DNA of 64,000 nt from Hyphomicrobiales bacterium (GCA_038131735.1 JAYPPX010000001.1:45126-109125); one strand, 5' to 3'; shown: positions 19,776 to 30,352, numbered from the stretch's first letter. Notes: generated by a model from the sequence alone, not told the origin. Numbers and translations: made by a program.

Positions 19776-20879
19776 ATGTTTAAAATAAAAAATATTGAAT
19801 CATTCATAATACAAGTTCCTCTAAAAGTGCCCCTTAAAATGTCAGGTGTTCATATTATGCATTGTGATAATACAGTCGTAAAAATAACGGCAAACAATGG
19901 GAAAGTTGGTTGGGGTGAAGCACCTTATGCACCATTTTTTAATGGTGAGACATCAAGAGGTATGTGTGCAGCAATTGATTTTATGAAAGAGCGATTGATT
20001 GGAGCTGAAGTAAAAAATCCTGATGGTATAAAGGACGTTATAGCTCCAACAATTTATGGAAATTCAGGTGCCAAATCAGCCATTGATATGGCCCTCTATG
20101 ATTTATGTGGAAAATCTCTTGACCAGCCTCTTTATGAAGTTCTTGGTGGATCAAAGAGAGACAAGGCACCTATGATTTGGCTTATTGCAGGCGGTGATGA
20201 TGAATTTAAATTATTACGTCAAAAATTAGATGAAGGTTTTGTATCCTTTAAAGTCAAGGTTGGAACAAATGACGTGCAGCAGGATATTGAGCGATCCTAC
20301 AAGGCACAAGAGATACTTGGTCATAATCACACTCTTTCTGCTGATGCTAATCAAGGATTTAATAGAAAAGATGCCCTTACCTTTGCTGGTAAAACAGGGG
20401 ATATTGGATTAGATTTTTATGAACAACCTGTTAATGGGAAAGATATTGAAGGTATGATTGCGTGCAATACAAAATCATATGCGCCTGTTGGAGTTGATGA
20501 AGGCATCCATAATATCGACGACATAAGAAAGCATTATGATCTGAAAGCTGCAAATGGAGGTAGCTTAAAGATGGTTAAGTTTGGAGGGGTTTCGCAATTA
20601 TTTGAAGCAGCAAATTTGATGCATTCTTTGGGAATGCATATCAATTTAGCAGGTAAAGCTGCCAATACTTCAATTGGTAGTGCAGCAATTGCTCACTTCA
20701 CGAGGTCATTGCCTTCTTTAGACTGGGATGCTAGTTTGTCCAGTCAGTATCTTGCCGATGATATTGCCCAAAACCCTGTTGAAGTTTTTGAAGGGCATAT
20801 CATGACCCCACAAGATGGACCTGGTTTAGGAATCTCAATTGATGAGGATAAATTCAATAAATATCAGGTGCAAATCTAA
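19776..20879 (+). CDS. Enolase superfamily, MLE subgroup racemase/epimerase-like, paralog 2
   Basis: GWGEA, FKVKVG, DAN, EQP, VDE, SLKMVKFGG, GPGLG. Confidence 0.85.
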   Translation: MFKIKNIESFIIQVPLKVPLKMSGVHIMHCDNTVVKITANNGKVGWGEAPYAPFFNGETSRGMCAAIDFMKERLIGAEVKNPDGIKDVIAPTIYGNSGAKSAIDMALYDLCGKSLDQPLYEVLGGSKRDKAPMIWLIAGGDDEFKLLRQKLDEGFVSFKVKVGTNDVQQDIERSYKAQEILGHNHTLSADANQGFNRKDALTFAGKTGDIGLDFYEQPVNGKDIEGMIACNTKSYAPVGVDEGIHNIDDIRKHYDLKAANGGSLKMVKFGGVSQLFEAANLMHSLGMHINLAGKAANTSIGSAAIAHFTRSLPSLDWDASLSSQYLADDIAQNPVEVFEGHIMTPQDGPGLGISIDEDKFNKYQVQI

Positions 20880-20897
20880 TAAATTTAAAAGTATTGT

Positions 20898-21800
20898 ATG
20901 ACAAAAATTGAAATTATTGATGATCCTAAGAAAGGAATCCTTTTTGCGCTTGGTTTCATTATCACAGTGCCTTTCATAGAAGCATCGGTGAAGTTACTTG
21001 GTGATGTAATGGCACCGCCTCAGATTGCACTGACACGTTTTGTAATCCATATAATTGTTTTATCGGTATACATTTATCTATACATACCAAGAGAGGATTG
21101 GATAGCAAAACCTAGTTGGCCATTAATACTAAGGGGTGTATTAGCCAGTTTGGGTACAATATGTGTTTATGCTGGTCTTGCATTGCTTCCACTTGTTGAT
21201 GCTGTTGCAATATTCTTTTTAACACCAATTATTATTACAGCTCTATCTGCTATTGTACTAAGAGAAAAGGTAGGAATTTTCAGATGGAGTGCAGTTTTTG
21301 CAGGTATGGCAGGCGCATTATTAGTAATTGGTCCTAACTTTGATAACGTCGGATGGGGAGCGATATTTCCTGCACTTGCCGCTTTATTTCATGGTACCGC
21401 TACAATGATCACACGCAAATGGGCTAATATTGCACGTTTACCAGTATTTCAATATTACATTGCTGTAACAGCGGTTATAATAATGACATTTATAATTCTT
21501 ATGGGCGAATTATTTGGTTATGATAGCGTCGCACCAGTTATCCCAAATGATTTCCAATGGTTTTTGCTTGGTATTATCGCAATTGGTTCCATTGCAACAA
21601 ATTTATTATTAACACAAGCTTTCAGAATAGCTCCATCATCTGTAATTGCCCCATTCTTATATTTACAGATTATTGGATCAACAATAATGGGATTTATTAT
21701 CTTCGCAGATCTGCCTGGAAAACAAACAATATTTGGAGCTTTTCTTGTTATATCCGCAGGATTAGTTATTTGGTGGAGAGAAAAATCCATCCTTAACTAA
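20898..21800 (+). CDS. DMT/EamA family transporter
   Basis: 10 TMs, LREKVG..RW.AV..G..G, AFRIAPSSVIAPFLY. Confidence 0.88.
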   Translation: MTKIEIIDDPKKGILFALGFIITVPFIEASVKLLGDVMAPPQIALTRFVIHIIVLSVYIYLYIPREDWIAKPSWPLILRGVLASLGTICVYAGLALLPLVDAVAIFFLTPIIITALSAIVLREKVGIFRWSAVFAGMAGALLVIGPNFDNVGWGAIFPALAALFHGTATMITRKWANIARLPVFQYYIAVTAVIIMTFIILMGELFGYDSVAPVIPNDFQWFLLGIIAIGSIATNLLLTQAFRIAPSSVIAPFLYLQIIGSTIMGFIIFADLPGKQTIFGAFLVISAGLVIWWREKSILN

Positions 21801-21826
21801 ATATTTCATTTTACCACTTTGATATT

Positions 21827-22513
21827 TCAGAGATCAAAAACAGCCACAGCTCTTACTGGAGATCCAGTTCCGCCCCTCCATGCCATTGGTAAGCAAATGA
21901 AAGTAAATTCTCCTCTTCCTATGATCTTTTCAAGATTACACAAACTTTCTAGGTGAGTGATATTAACTTCATGACATACTTTATGAACGAGTGCGTTAAC
22001 TTTTCCAATTGGACCTGGGCGCATGGAGTCTATGCCAAAATGTACAACTCCTTGTTCAGCGAGCCACTTTGTTGCTTCGACATTAACACCGGGATTATCT
22101 GTTGAATACGCAGGTGTTGGAAAGGTTCTTTCATGATGGCCTGTACATAGCAACACAGTTCCTCCTTTTGGTATGGATAAACCAGTTTTTTTTACTGCTT
22201 TATCCAAGTCTGATGGAGTGATTTCAGCCTTTGGTTCGATGTGTCTGAGGTCTATACAAATACCCTTAACGATACAATTTTCAAGTGGGTATTCATTGAT
22301 AGGGATACCATCTACACTGAAATGTCTAGGGGCATCAATATGCGTTCCCCCATGATCTGGCATTGAAAAATAATGAACGGAATTTCCTTGAACATTACCC
22401 GAGTCTGCAAAGGCTTCTTCATGGCTTTTCCAAACACCGTGAATTACTGGTGGTTGTCCTGGGTATTGCGGTGTGCGATGGTAAAGTTCGCGGCTTAAAT
22501 CTATTATTTCCAT
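21827..22513 (-). CDS. Cyclase family metal-dependent hydrolase (kynurenine formamidase/isatin hydrolase-like)
   Basis: HGGTHIDAPRH (HxGTHxDxPxH), GIDS, HLESLCNL, GGTGSPVRAVA. Confidence 0.9.
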   Translation of the reverse strand: MEIIDLSRELYHRTPQYPGQPPVIHGVWKSHEEAFADSGNVQGNSVHYFSMPDHGGTHIDAPRHFSVDGIPINEYPLENCIVKGICIDLRHIEPKAEITPSDLDKAVKKTGLSIPKGGTVLLCTGHHERTFPTPAYSTDNPGVNVEATKWLAEQGVVHFGIDSMRPGPIGKVNALVHKVCHEVNITHLESLCNLEKIIGRGEFTFICLPMAWRGGTGSPVRAVAVFDL

Positions 22514-22522
22514 TGTAACCTC

Positions 22523-23920
22523 TCAAAAATTTATAGTTTTATTATACACAATATTGCGCTCGATGTTATAGGCAATTTGTAGGATGATATTTTCGCACCA
22601 TCTTTTTCCTACAATCTGAATAGATGTTGGCATGTTATTTTTATCTTTGCCAGTGGGTAAAACCATCGATGGCATTCCTGTAACATTATAAGGAGAGAAA
22701 AATTGACGGTGTATATTTACCGTATAATCATGTGCTACTCCATTGATTATAGCCTTCAAATCTTTTATTAATGGTGCTGTAAAAGGTGTAGCAGGTGAAA
22801 TTAATGCATCAAAGTCTTTTAGTTTTTCTTCCAACAATCTTGTCATTCTTACTTTATCATCCATTGCTTTTAGGTATGCTTCAATCCCTACCTTAACTGA
22901 CCAATCCATTCGCTTTTTAACGTCTGGATCAAAAGTTTCTGGTTCCTCATCATATTGTTTTTTGTGGACCTTTGTGAATTCTGGTCCTGCAATATCATAA
23001 AATAAGTTTTGAATTAACTTCACTTCTTCAAATCTTATCTCTGTCACTTCCACATTAAGAGAAGATAGAATTTTCATTGTATCCATATATGCATTGTAAA
23101 CATCAGAGTCTATCTCCTGGTTTTCATACAAGTCTGGGCATACCGCAATTTTAAAACCACTAATTGATTTTTCAAGATCATCCAAATTAATGGGGGTACA
23201 TTGGACAGATTTCGTATCCAATGGGTCATATCCCTCAAGAGTTTTGTAGGTTAGAGCTGTTGATAATACAGACTCACACATTGGTCCCATATGATCTATG
23301 GAAGGGGAATTTGGAAATACCCCCCTAAGGCTAATGGCACCATAAGTTGGTTTTAATCCTACAATACCACATAATGAGGATGGGGTTCTAATTGAACCAC
23401 CTGTATCGCTTCCAAGTGCAATAGGAACTAAATTTGCAGCAACTACAGCAGCAGATCCTCCACTGGATCCACCCGATATTTTGTTTAAATCATGGGGGTT
23501 TTTTGTTGTACCATAATGCACATTTATAGTTGTCGATGCTGCAGCATATTGATGAGTATTTGTTTTACCTATTAATATTGCACCTGCCTCTTTCATTTTA
23601 TTTATACAAAAAGCATCCTGATCCGGAATAAAATTATCGTATTTACTTGATCCATTGGTAGTACGGATGTTGGCTGTATTTATGATATCTTTGGCTGCAA
23701 AAGGAATGCCATGAAGTGGTCCACGATATATACCTTTACTGATTTCTTCTTCAGCTAGTTTTGCTTGCTTGATTGCTTCATCAGGAATGACGGTCACAAA
23801 TCCATTAATTGTCGGATTATACCTTTCAATTCTATCTAAATAAAAAGTTGCAAGATCAACCGGTGACAGCTCTTTTTTTTGGATTGAGGATATTATTTCC
23901 CTAAAACTTTTATCTTGCAT
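22523..23920 (-). CDS. Amidase-signature family amidase
   Basis: GPLHGIPFAAKD, GGSSGGSAA, GSDTGGSIRTP (Lys-cisSer-Ser triad). No gatB or gatC nearby. Confidence 0.9.
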   Translation of the reverse strand: MQDKSFREIISSIQKKELSPVDLATFYLDRIERYNPTINGFVTVIPDEAIKQAKLAEEEISKGIYRGPLHGIPFAAKDIINTANIRTTNGSSKYDNFIPDQDAFCINKMKEAGAILIGKTNTHQYAAASTTINVHYGTTKNPHDLNKISGGSSGGSAAVVAANLVPIALGSDTGGSIRTPSSLCGIVGLKPTYGAISLRGVFPNSPSIDHMGPMCESVLSTALTYKTLEGYDPLDTKSVQCTPINLDDLEKSISGFKIAVCPDLYENQEIDSDVYNAYMDTMKILSSLNVEVTEIRFEEVKLIQNLFYDIAGPEFTKVHKKQYDEEPETFDPDVKKRMDWSVKVGIEAYLKAMDDKVRMTRLLEEKLKDFDALISPATPFTAPLIKDLKAIINGVAHDYTVNIHRQFFSPYNVTGMPSMVLPTGKDKNNMPTSIQIVGKRWCENIILQIAYNIERNIVYNKTINF

Positions 23921-23986
23921 TGATGTATATTTTTTTTAAATAAATTATATACATTTTACTCATTTAAATATATAAACACAATTAAT

Positions 23987-24045
23987 CTCATGCATAAGCT
24001 ATAATTCTATGCTTTTCGGCAACGAAAAATTAGTTTGACCATGAG
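23987..24045 (+). promoter_or_regulatory. Putative structured RNA element upstream of rplS
   Basis: Nested stems CTCATG/CATGAG, AAGCTA/TAGTTT (one G-U) and TTTTCG-GCAA-CGAAAA (GNRA tetraloop). Confidence 0.35.
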
Positions 24046-24118
24046 TTTAGTATCGACAAAATTTAGGATGTAATATAATTATAATCCAATTAGATATATC
24101 TAATCTGAGAGTAAGAAA

Positions 24119-24538
24119 ATGAATATTATTCAACAACTAGAAAAAGAACAACTAGACAAATTAAAAGAAAATAAGGTTATACCTGAGTTTTCACCAGGGG
24201 ATACAGTACGTGTAAATGTTAAAATTAGTGAAGGTACTCGTGAAAGAGTACAAGCTTATGAAGGTGTGGTAATTGGTCGTTCAGGCGCTGGAATTAATGA
24301 AAGTTTCACTGTAAGAAAAATTTCATATGGTGAAGGTGTAGAAAGAGTTTTCCCAGTGTACTCTCCAACAATCGAGTCTATTTCTGTAGTTAAAAAGGGT
24401 AAAGTAAGAAGAGCAAAACTTTACTACTTAAGAAGCAGAAGGGGTAAATCAGCTCGTATTGCCGAAAAAATAGATACAAATCGTTCAAAAACTAAAGAAG
24501 CAAGCGCGCCTCAAGAAACTACTTCTGATAGTGAGTAG
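24119..24538 (+). CDS. rplS: 50S ribosomal protein L19
   Basis: [41 protein letters not shown]. Confidence 0.98.
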   Translation: MNIIQQLEKEQLDKLKENKVIPEFSPGDTVRVNVKISEGTRERVQAYEGVVIGRSGAGINESFTVRKISYGEGVERVFPVYSPTIESISVVKKGKVRRAKLYYLRSRRGKSARIAEKIDTNRSKTKEASAPQETTSDSE

Positions 24539-24577
24539 AACAAATCCTAATAAATTTTTTTAAAGGGTGGTTTTTCT

Positions 24578-25612
24578 ATGAACTATGAACTTCTCAAAAA
24601 ATTATGTGAAACACCATCAGTTGCTGGTCGTGAAAAACGCATAAGAGAATTTATTCATGATAATGTAAAGGGTTATTTTGATGAGATTAAAGTAGACCCT
24701 CTTGGTTCCCTAATTTGTAAAAAATTTTCTCAAAACAAAAAGAAGAAAAAAATTCTTCTCTTATGTCACATGGATGAGATTGGTTTTCTTGTTAGTCACA
24801 TCAATCCAAAAGGGTATGTTTTTGTCGATCCAGTAGGTGGCTTTGACCCCAGAAATTTATTCTCAAGAAGAGTATTGGTGTGTACAGAGAAAGAAGATTT
24901 GAAGGCAGTGATGAATCCACAAGGTAAGCCAGTTCATACACAAAGCGCAATGGACAGAAAAAAAATTCCAGAACCAAATGAGTTTTTTATTGATACAGGT
25001 TTGGGCGAAAAAGCCAAAGATAAAATTCAGATTGGTGACTACGTAGTCATGGATGAACCATTCTTGGAACTACCAAAGAAAATTGTATCCAAGGCACTGG
25101 ACAACAGGATTGCATGCTGGCTTGGAATGGAAATTGCCAGATATGTATCTGAAAATAAAATTGAGTTAGAAAATGATTTGATTATTGTTTTTACCTCCCA
25201 AGAAGAAGTTGGATTGAGAGGTGCAAAAACTGCGTCATTTGATGTTGAACCTGATATTGCTATTGGAATTGATACAACTTTAGCTTGTGATACCCCTGGA
25301 GTACCAGAACAAGATTGGATCACCACTCATGGTAAAGGCTTTGGTTTACATATAAAAGACTCATCATTTATTTCAGATCATGAGCTTGTTTCACAATTTG
25401 CAAAATTAGCCGAAAAAAACAAAATACCATATCAACGCACAATTCTAAGTCGTGGAGGTCAAGACGGCGCTGCAGGTCAGCAGGCAGGATCTGGAGCTAA
25501 GGCAATAGCAATTGTTGTTGGAACGAGATATATCCATACAGTTACTGAAATGGTTGATAAAAGTGATTTAGAGAATGCACTCAAAATTCTTAAAAAATTC
25601 CTTGAAAATTAA
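24578..25612 (+). CDS. M42 family (TET-like) aminopeptidase
   Basis: HMDEIG, KALDNR, QEEVGLRGA, GGQD, RYIHT. Confidence 0.9.
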   Translation: MNYELLKKLCETPSVAGREKRIREFIHDNVKGYFDEIKVDPLGSLICKKFSQNKKKKKILLLCHMDEIGFLVSHINPKGYVFVDPVGGFDPRNLFSRRVLVCTEKEDLKAVMNPQGKPVHTQSAMDRKKIPEPNEFFIDTGLGEKAKDKIQIGDYVVMDEPFLELPKKIVSKALDNRIACWLGMEIARYVSENKIELENDLIIVFTSQEEVGLRGAKTASFDVEPDIAIGIDTTLACDTPGVPEQDWITTHGKGFGLHIKDSSFISDHELVSQFAKLAEKNKIPYQRTILSRGGQDGAAGQQAGSGAKAIAIVVGTRYIHTVTEMVDKSDLENALKILKKFLEN

Positions 25613-25679
25613 AAGAGGATTTCTTAACAATGAGTGTAAATTATGATGTTAATTAATAATTTAATTTAAATATTAGGGT

Positions 25680-27095
25680 ATGAAAATGAGTGGATCAAAA
25701 ACTATTTATGACAAAATCTGGGATGATCATCTAATAAATACTAATGATGATGGTACATCGCTTATATATATTGACAGACACTTAGTGCATGAAGTGACTT
25801 CGCCACAAGCCTTTGAAGGTTTGAGGATGACAAATAGAAAAGTTCGCTGTCCTGAAAAAACACTTGCTGTAGTAGATCATAATGTGCCAACAACGGATAG
25901 AAAAAACGGCATTGCAGATGAAGAATCCCGTATTCAAGTTGAAGCACTAGAAAAAAATTGCAGTGAATTTGGGGTTGAGTATTTTAACGAATTAGATCTT
26001 CGCCAAGGGATTGTTCATGTTGTAGGGCCTGAACAAGGTTTTACTCTACCAGGAACAACAATTATGTGTGGGGATAGCCACACATCAACTCATGGTGCCT
26101 TTGGTGCTTTGGCAATGGGTATTGGCACATCAGAAGTTGAACATATTCTTGCTACACAAACCCTAATACAAAGAAAAGCCAAAAATTTTAAAGTTAACGT
26201 GGGCGGTACCGCGCCAAAAGGTGTTACTGCAAAAGATATAATTCTATCAATAATAGGTGAAATTGGAGCTGGGGGTGGCACAGGTTCAGTTATTGAATAT
26301 ACTGGAAAGGCTATCTCTGACTTATCTATGGAAGGAAGAATGACAGTATGTAATATGTCAATCGAAGGAGGAGCTCGCGCAGGGCTAATCGGACCCGATG
26401 AAAAAACCTTCGCCTATATAAAAGATCGACCAAGAGCTCCAAAAGGTGAAGAATTTGATCGTGCTGTTGAATATTGGAATGCCCTAAATTCAGACAATGA
26501 TGCATTTTTTGACAGGGAAGTTTACCTGGATGCAGCTAAGCTACCACCAGTGGTTACTTGGGGAACAAGTCCAGAAGATGTCGTGTCAATTAATGGTGAA
26601 GTACCTAATCCGGATCTTATTGATGATGAAAGTAGGAGAGAAACAAAGAAAAGCGCTTTGAAATACATGGATCTTGTGCCAGGCACAAAAATCCAAGACA
26701 TAAAACTTGATGTTGTATTCATCGGTTCATGCACAAATGGACGTATTGAGGACTTAAGAGAAGTTGCTAAAGTTGTCGAAGGACATCACGTAAATGAAAA
26801 TTTAAATGCTATGATTGTTCCTGGGTCTGGGCTTGTCAAGGAGCAAGCTATCAGTGAAGGGTTAGACAAAATTTTTATGGCAGCAGGTTTCGAATGGAGA
26901 GAGCCCGGTTGTTCAATGTGTCTAGCAATGAACCCTGATAAACTATTACCTGGTCAAAGATGTGCTTCTACTTCAAATAGAAATTTTGAAGGAAGGCAGG
27001 GATTCAGAGGAAGAACACACCTCGTTTCACCAGCAATGGCTGCTGCTGCTGCTATAGCTGGACATTTTGTTGATGTTAGAGAATTTACAAAGTAG
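25680..27095 (+). CDS. leuC: 3-isopropylmalate dehydratase large subunit
   Basis: [41 protein letters not shown]. Confidence 0.98.
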   Translation: MKMSGSKTIYDKIWDDHLINTNDDGTSLIYIDRHLVHEVTSPQAFEGLRMTNRKVRCPEKTLAVVDHNVPTTDRKNGIADEESRIQVEALEKNCSEFGVEYFNELDLRQGIVHVVGPEQGFTLPGTTIMCGDSHTSTHGAFGALAMGIGTSEVEHILATQTLIQRKAKNFKVNVGGTAPKGVTAKDIILSIIGEIGAGGGTGSVIEYTGKAISDLSMEGRMTVCNMSIEGGARAGLIGPDEKTFAYIKDRPRAPKGEEFDRAVEYWNALNSDNDAFFDREVYLDAAKLPPVVTWGTSPEDVVSINGEVPNPDLIDDESRRETKKSALKYMDLVPGTKIQDIKLDVVFIGSCTNGRIEDLREVAKVVEGHHVNENLNAMIVPGSGLVKEQAISEGLDKIFMAAGFEWREPGCSMCLAMNPDKLLPGQRCASTSNRNFEGRQGFRGRTHLVSPAMAAAAAIAGHFVDVREFTK

Positions 27096-27104
27096 GAAAT
27101 TAAG

Positions 27105-27710
27105 ATGGAAAAATTCAAAAACTTGACTGCAGTTGCTGCACCGTTGCCTGACATAAATATTGATACGGATAAGATAATTCCCAAACAATACCTAAAAACA
27201 ATACAACGCACAGGTCTTGGTAAAGGGCTCTTTTCTGAACTTCGTTACAATGACGATGGATCAGAGAATAAGGAATTTGTTCTCAATAAATCACAATATA
27301 GAAATGCTAAAATATTGGTTGCAGGAGATAATTTTGGGTGTGGTTCAAGTAGGGAACATGCACCATGGGCATTACTTGATTATGGAATAAAGGTTGTCAT
27401 CTCAACATCTTTTGCGGATATATTTTACAATAACTGTTTCAAAAATGGGATGCTTCCAATTGTTCTTGATGAAAAAGAAGTTAGTTTGTTGATGGAAGAA
27501 ACAGAGAGAGGTTCTAATGCGACTTTAACGGTGGACCTTGAAAGCCAGGAAATCACAACATCAGATGGTAATGTCATCAATTTTAAAATTGATAAGTTTT
27601 TAAAACATTGTTTATTAAATGGTCTTGATGATATCGCGCTCACATTAGAGAAAGATAAAGATATTAAAAATTTTGAAGATGATGTGAAAAGTCAAAGGCC
27701 TTGGCTTTAG
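27105..27710 (+). CDS. leuD: 3-isopropylmalate dehydratase small subunit
   Basis: [25 protein letters not shown]. Confidence 0.98.
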   Translation: MEKFKNLTAVAAPLPDINIDTDKIIPKQYLKTIQRTGLGKGLFSELRYNDDGSENKEFVLNKSQYRNAKILVAGDNFGCGSSREHAPWALLDYGIKVVISTSFADIFYNNCFKNGMLPIVLDEKEVSLLMEETERGSNATLTVDLESQEITTSDGNVINFKIDKFLKHCLLNGLDDIALTLEKDKDIKNFEDDVKSQRPWL

Positions 27711-27750
27711 TCATTTAAGCTGAAATATATAAAAATAATAAGAGGATAAT

Positions 27751-28860
27751 ATGAGTTCATATAATTTATTAATGTTACCAGGAGATGGTATCGGGCCAGA
27801 AGTTGTAAATGAGGTTGAGCGAGTCATAGATTGGTTCAATAAAAATACGGACTCTAAATTTGAAATAGAAAAAGATTTGGTTGGTGGATCAGCATATGAT
27901 GCCCATGGGGCAGCTATCTCCGATGCTGCTATGGATCTTGCACATAAATCTGATGCTGTAATTTTTGGTGCAGTAGGTGGTCCAAAATGGGATAATGTGC
28001 CATTTGAAGTTAGACCTGAAGCAGGTTTATTGAGACTAAGGAAAGAATTAGACCTATTCGCAAATCTCCGACCAGCTATTTGCTACAAAGCACTTGCTGA
28101 TGCATCAAGCTTAAAAAGAGAGCTGGTTGAAGGCTTAGATATATTAATCCTTAGAGAACTGACAGGTGGTGTTTATTTTGGTGAACCAAAAGAAATTACA
28201 GATTTACCAGATGGGCAACAAAAAGCAGTAGATACACAAATATATACCACAAGTGAAGTCCAAAGAATTGCACGTGTAGCTTTTGAACTAGCAAAAACAA
28301 GAAAAGGAAAAGTTACATCAACAGAGAAAAGAAATGTTATGATATCAGGTGTTTTTTGGAACAAGGTTGTATCAGAGGTTCATAAAAATGAATACCCAGA
28401 TATGGAACTGGAACACATTTTAGCTGACGCATGTGCTATGCAACTTGTACGAAAACCAAAACAATTTGACCTTATCGTAGCAGATAATCTTTTTGGAGAT
28501 ATTTTGTCAGATGAGGCAGCAATGCTAACAGGATCAATGGGGATGTTGCCTTCTGCATCACTTGGTGCTGTTAATGAAACTACTGGTAAAAGAAATGCAA
28601 TGTATGAGCCAGTTCACGGATCAGCGCCAGATATAGCAGGACAAGGTATTTCAAATCCAATAGCTGAAATTGCATCATTTGCAATGGCATTAAGATATTC
28701 TTTTAATTTGACTGAAGAAGCACAGTTAATAGAGGACTCAATATCTGCAGCACTTGATACTGGTATCAGAACACCTGATATCATGCAAGATGGTATGAAA
28801 AAAGTTGGGACTCAGCAGATTACAGATGCAATTATTTCTGAAATGAATTCAAGAAGTTGA
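27751..28860 (+). CDS. leuB: 3-isopropylmalate dehydrogenase
   Basis: [39 protein letters not shown]. Confidence 0.98.
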   Translation: MSSYNLLMLPGDGIGPEVVNEVERVIDWFNKNTDSKFEIEKDLVGGSAYDAHGAAISDAAMDLAHKSDAVIFGAVGGPKWDNVPFEVRPEAGLLRLRKELDLFANLRPAICYKALADASSLKRELVEGLDILILRELTGGVYFGEPKEITDLPDGQQKAVDTQIYTTSEVQRIARVAFELAKTRKGKVTSTEKRNVMISGVFWNKVVSEVHKNEYPDMELEHILADACAMQLVRKPKQFDLIVADNLFGDILSDEAAMLTGSMGMLPSASLGAVNETTGKRNAMYEPVHGSAPDIAGQGISNPIAEIASFAMALRYSFNLTEEAQLIEDSISAALDTGIRTPDIMQDGMKKVGTQQITDAIISEMNSRS

Positions 28861-28870
28861 GTTAATACAT

Positions 28871-29887
28871 ATGGGTTTGAAAATAGCAGTCGTCGGTGCA
28901 ACCGGAAATGTTGGTAGGGAGATCCTAAATATTCTTGATGAGAGAATGTTTCCCTGCGAAGAAGTTATAGCACTTGCATCACGAAAATCAATTGGTCGGG
29001 AACTTTCCTATGGTGATAAACTTCTCAAAGTGAAAGATTTAGAAACATATGATTTTAGTGGAACTGATATTGCCCTTTTTTCAGCAGGATCAAAAATATC
29101 AGAAAAATATGGACCAATTGCTGCAAAGTCTGGGACAGTAGTTATAGATAACTCATCATTCTGGAGATATCATGATGATGTACCTTTGATTGTTCCAGAG
29201 GTTAATCCAGATGCAGTTAAAGATTTTAAAAAAAGAGGCATTATAGCTAATCCAAACTGCTCTACTGCACAACTAGTGGTTGTTTTAAAACCTCTGCATG
29301 ATGTAGCAAAAATAAATCGTGTGGTTGTATCCACATACCAATCTGTCTCTGGAGCCGGAAATGCAGCGATGGAAGAATTATTCAATCAGACTAAGGGCAT
29401 CTTTGTTAATCAGGCGGCAGAGCCTGAAAATTTTACACGTCAAATAGCTTTTAATGTAATTCCACATATTGATGTCTTTATGGATGATGGTTACACAAAA
29501 GAAGAATGGAAGATGCTGTCAGAGACGAAAAAGATAGTTGATAAAAACATTCAATTAACAGCTACTTGTGTTAGAGTTCCAGTTTTTGTTGGGCATTCGG
29601 AGGCTGTCAATATAGAGTTCGAAAAATCTATAAGCCCTGAAAAAGCAAGATCAATTCTGAGAAAAGCACCAGGTGTTATGCTCGTGGATGACCCTGAAGA
29701 CGAAAAATACATTACTCCACTGGAATGCGTTGGCGACTATGCAACATTTGTAAGTAGGGTTCGAGTTGACTCAACTGTGAAAAATGGATTAAGTATGTGG
29801 GTTGTATCAGATAACCTCCGTAAAGGGGCTGCATTAAATGCTGTTCAAATTGCAGAGCTGCTAATAAATAAAAAATTAATAGGTTAA
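28871..29887 (+). CDS. asd: Aspartate-semialdehyde dehydrogenase
   Basis: GATGNVG, ANPNCST, STYQSVSGAG, DNLRKGAALN. Confidence 0.98.
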   Translation: MGLKIAVVGATGNVGREILNILDERMFPCEEVIALASRKSIGRELSYGDKLLKVKDLETYDFSGTDIALFSAGSKISEKYGPIAAKSGTVVIDNSSFWRYHDDVPLIVPEVNPDAVKDFKKRGIIANPNCSTAQLVVVLKPLHDVAKINRVVVSTYQSVSGAGNAAMEELFNQTKGIFVNQAAEPENFTRQIAFNVIPHIDVFMDDGYTKEEWKMLSETKKIVDKNIQLTATCVRVPVFVGHSEAVNIEFEKSISPEKARSILRKAPGVMLVDDPEDEKYITPLECVGDYATFVSRVRVDSTVKNGLSMWVVSDNLRKGAALNAVQIAELLINKKLIG

Positions 29888-29965
29888 TTTTTCATATTTT
29901 AATGGAATTTTGTATGAGAATAATTATAACTATAACAAGTTAATTATAACATTATTGTAATATTT

Positions 29966-30340
29966 ATGAATAATCCACTTTCACCGCACCTATCAATATA
30001 TAAATTTAAGCTAAGCCTATTAATGTCCATTGCACACCGAATTACTGGTGGGGCATTATATTTTTCAATGTTGATATTTCTTTTTTTCCTTGTTTCATTA
30101 TCAAGTGGAGCTTCCGGATATGAATTATTTTCGTCAATCATTGGCACATGGATCGGGAAACTAGTTATACTTGGTATAACATGGGCTGTATTTCATCATA
30201 TGTTAGGTGGGCTGAGGCATTTTCTGTGGGATATGGTAAAGGGTTTTGAAGTAAAAACAGTCGATAAATTAGCTACTATAACCTTATTAGGGGGAATAGT
30301 GCTCACAATAATTTATTGGTCACTTTACTGTATTTTATAA
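29966..30340 (+). CDS. sdhC: Succinate dehydrogenase cytochrome b556 subunit
   Basis: PLSPHLSIY, SIAHRITG, HH..GG.RH..WD. Confidence 0.95.
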   Translation: MNNPLSPHLSIYKFKLSLLMSIAHRITGGALYFSMLIFLFFLVSLSSGASGYELFSSIIGTWIGKLVILGITWAVFHHMLGGLRHFLWDMVKGFEVKTVDKLATITLLGGIVLTIIYWSLYCIL

Positions 30341-30352
30341 GGGGATCTTTCA

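Noticed and set aside
22523-23920. gatA
   Set aside because: No gatC or gatB adjacent, GatA-specific segments not recognised, and the context is catabolic.
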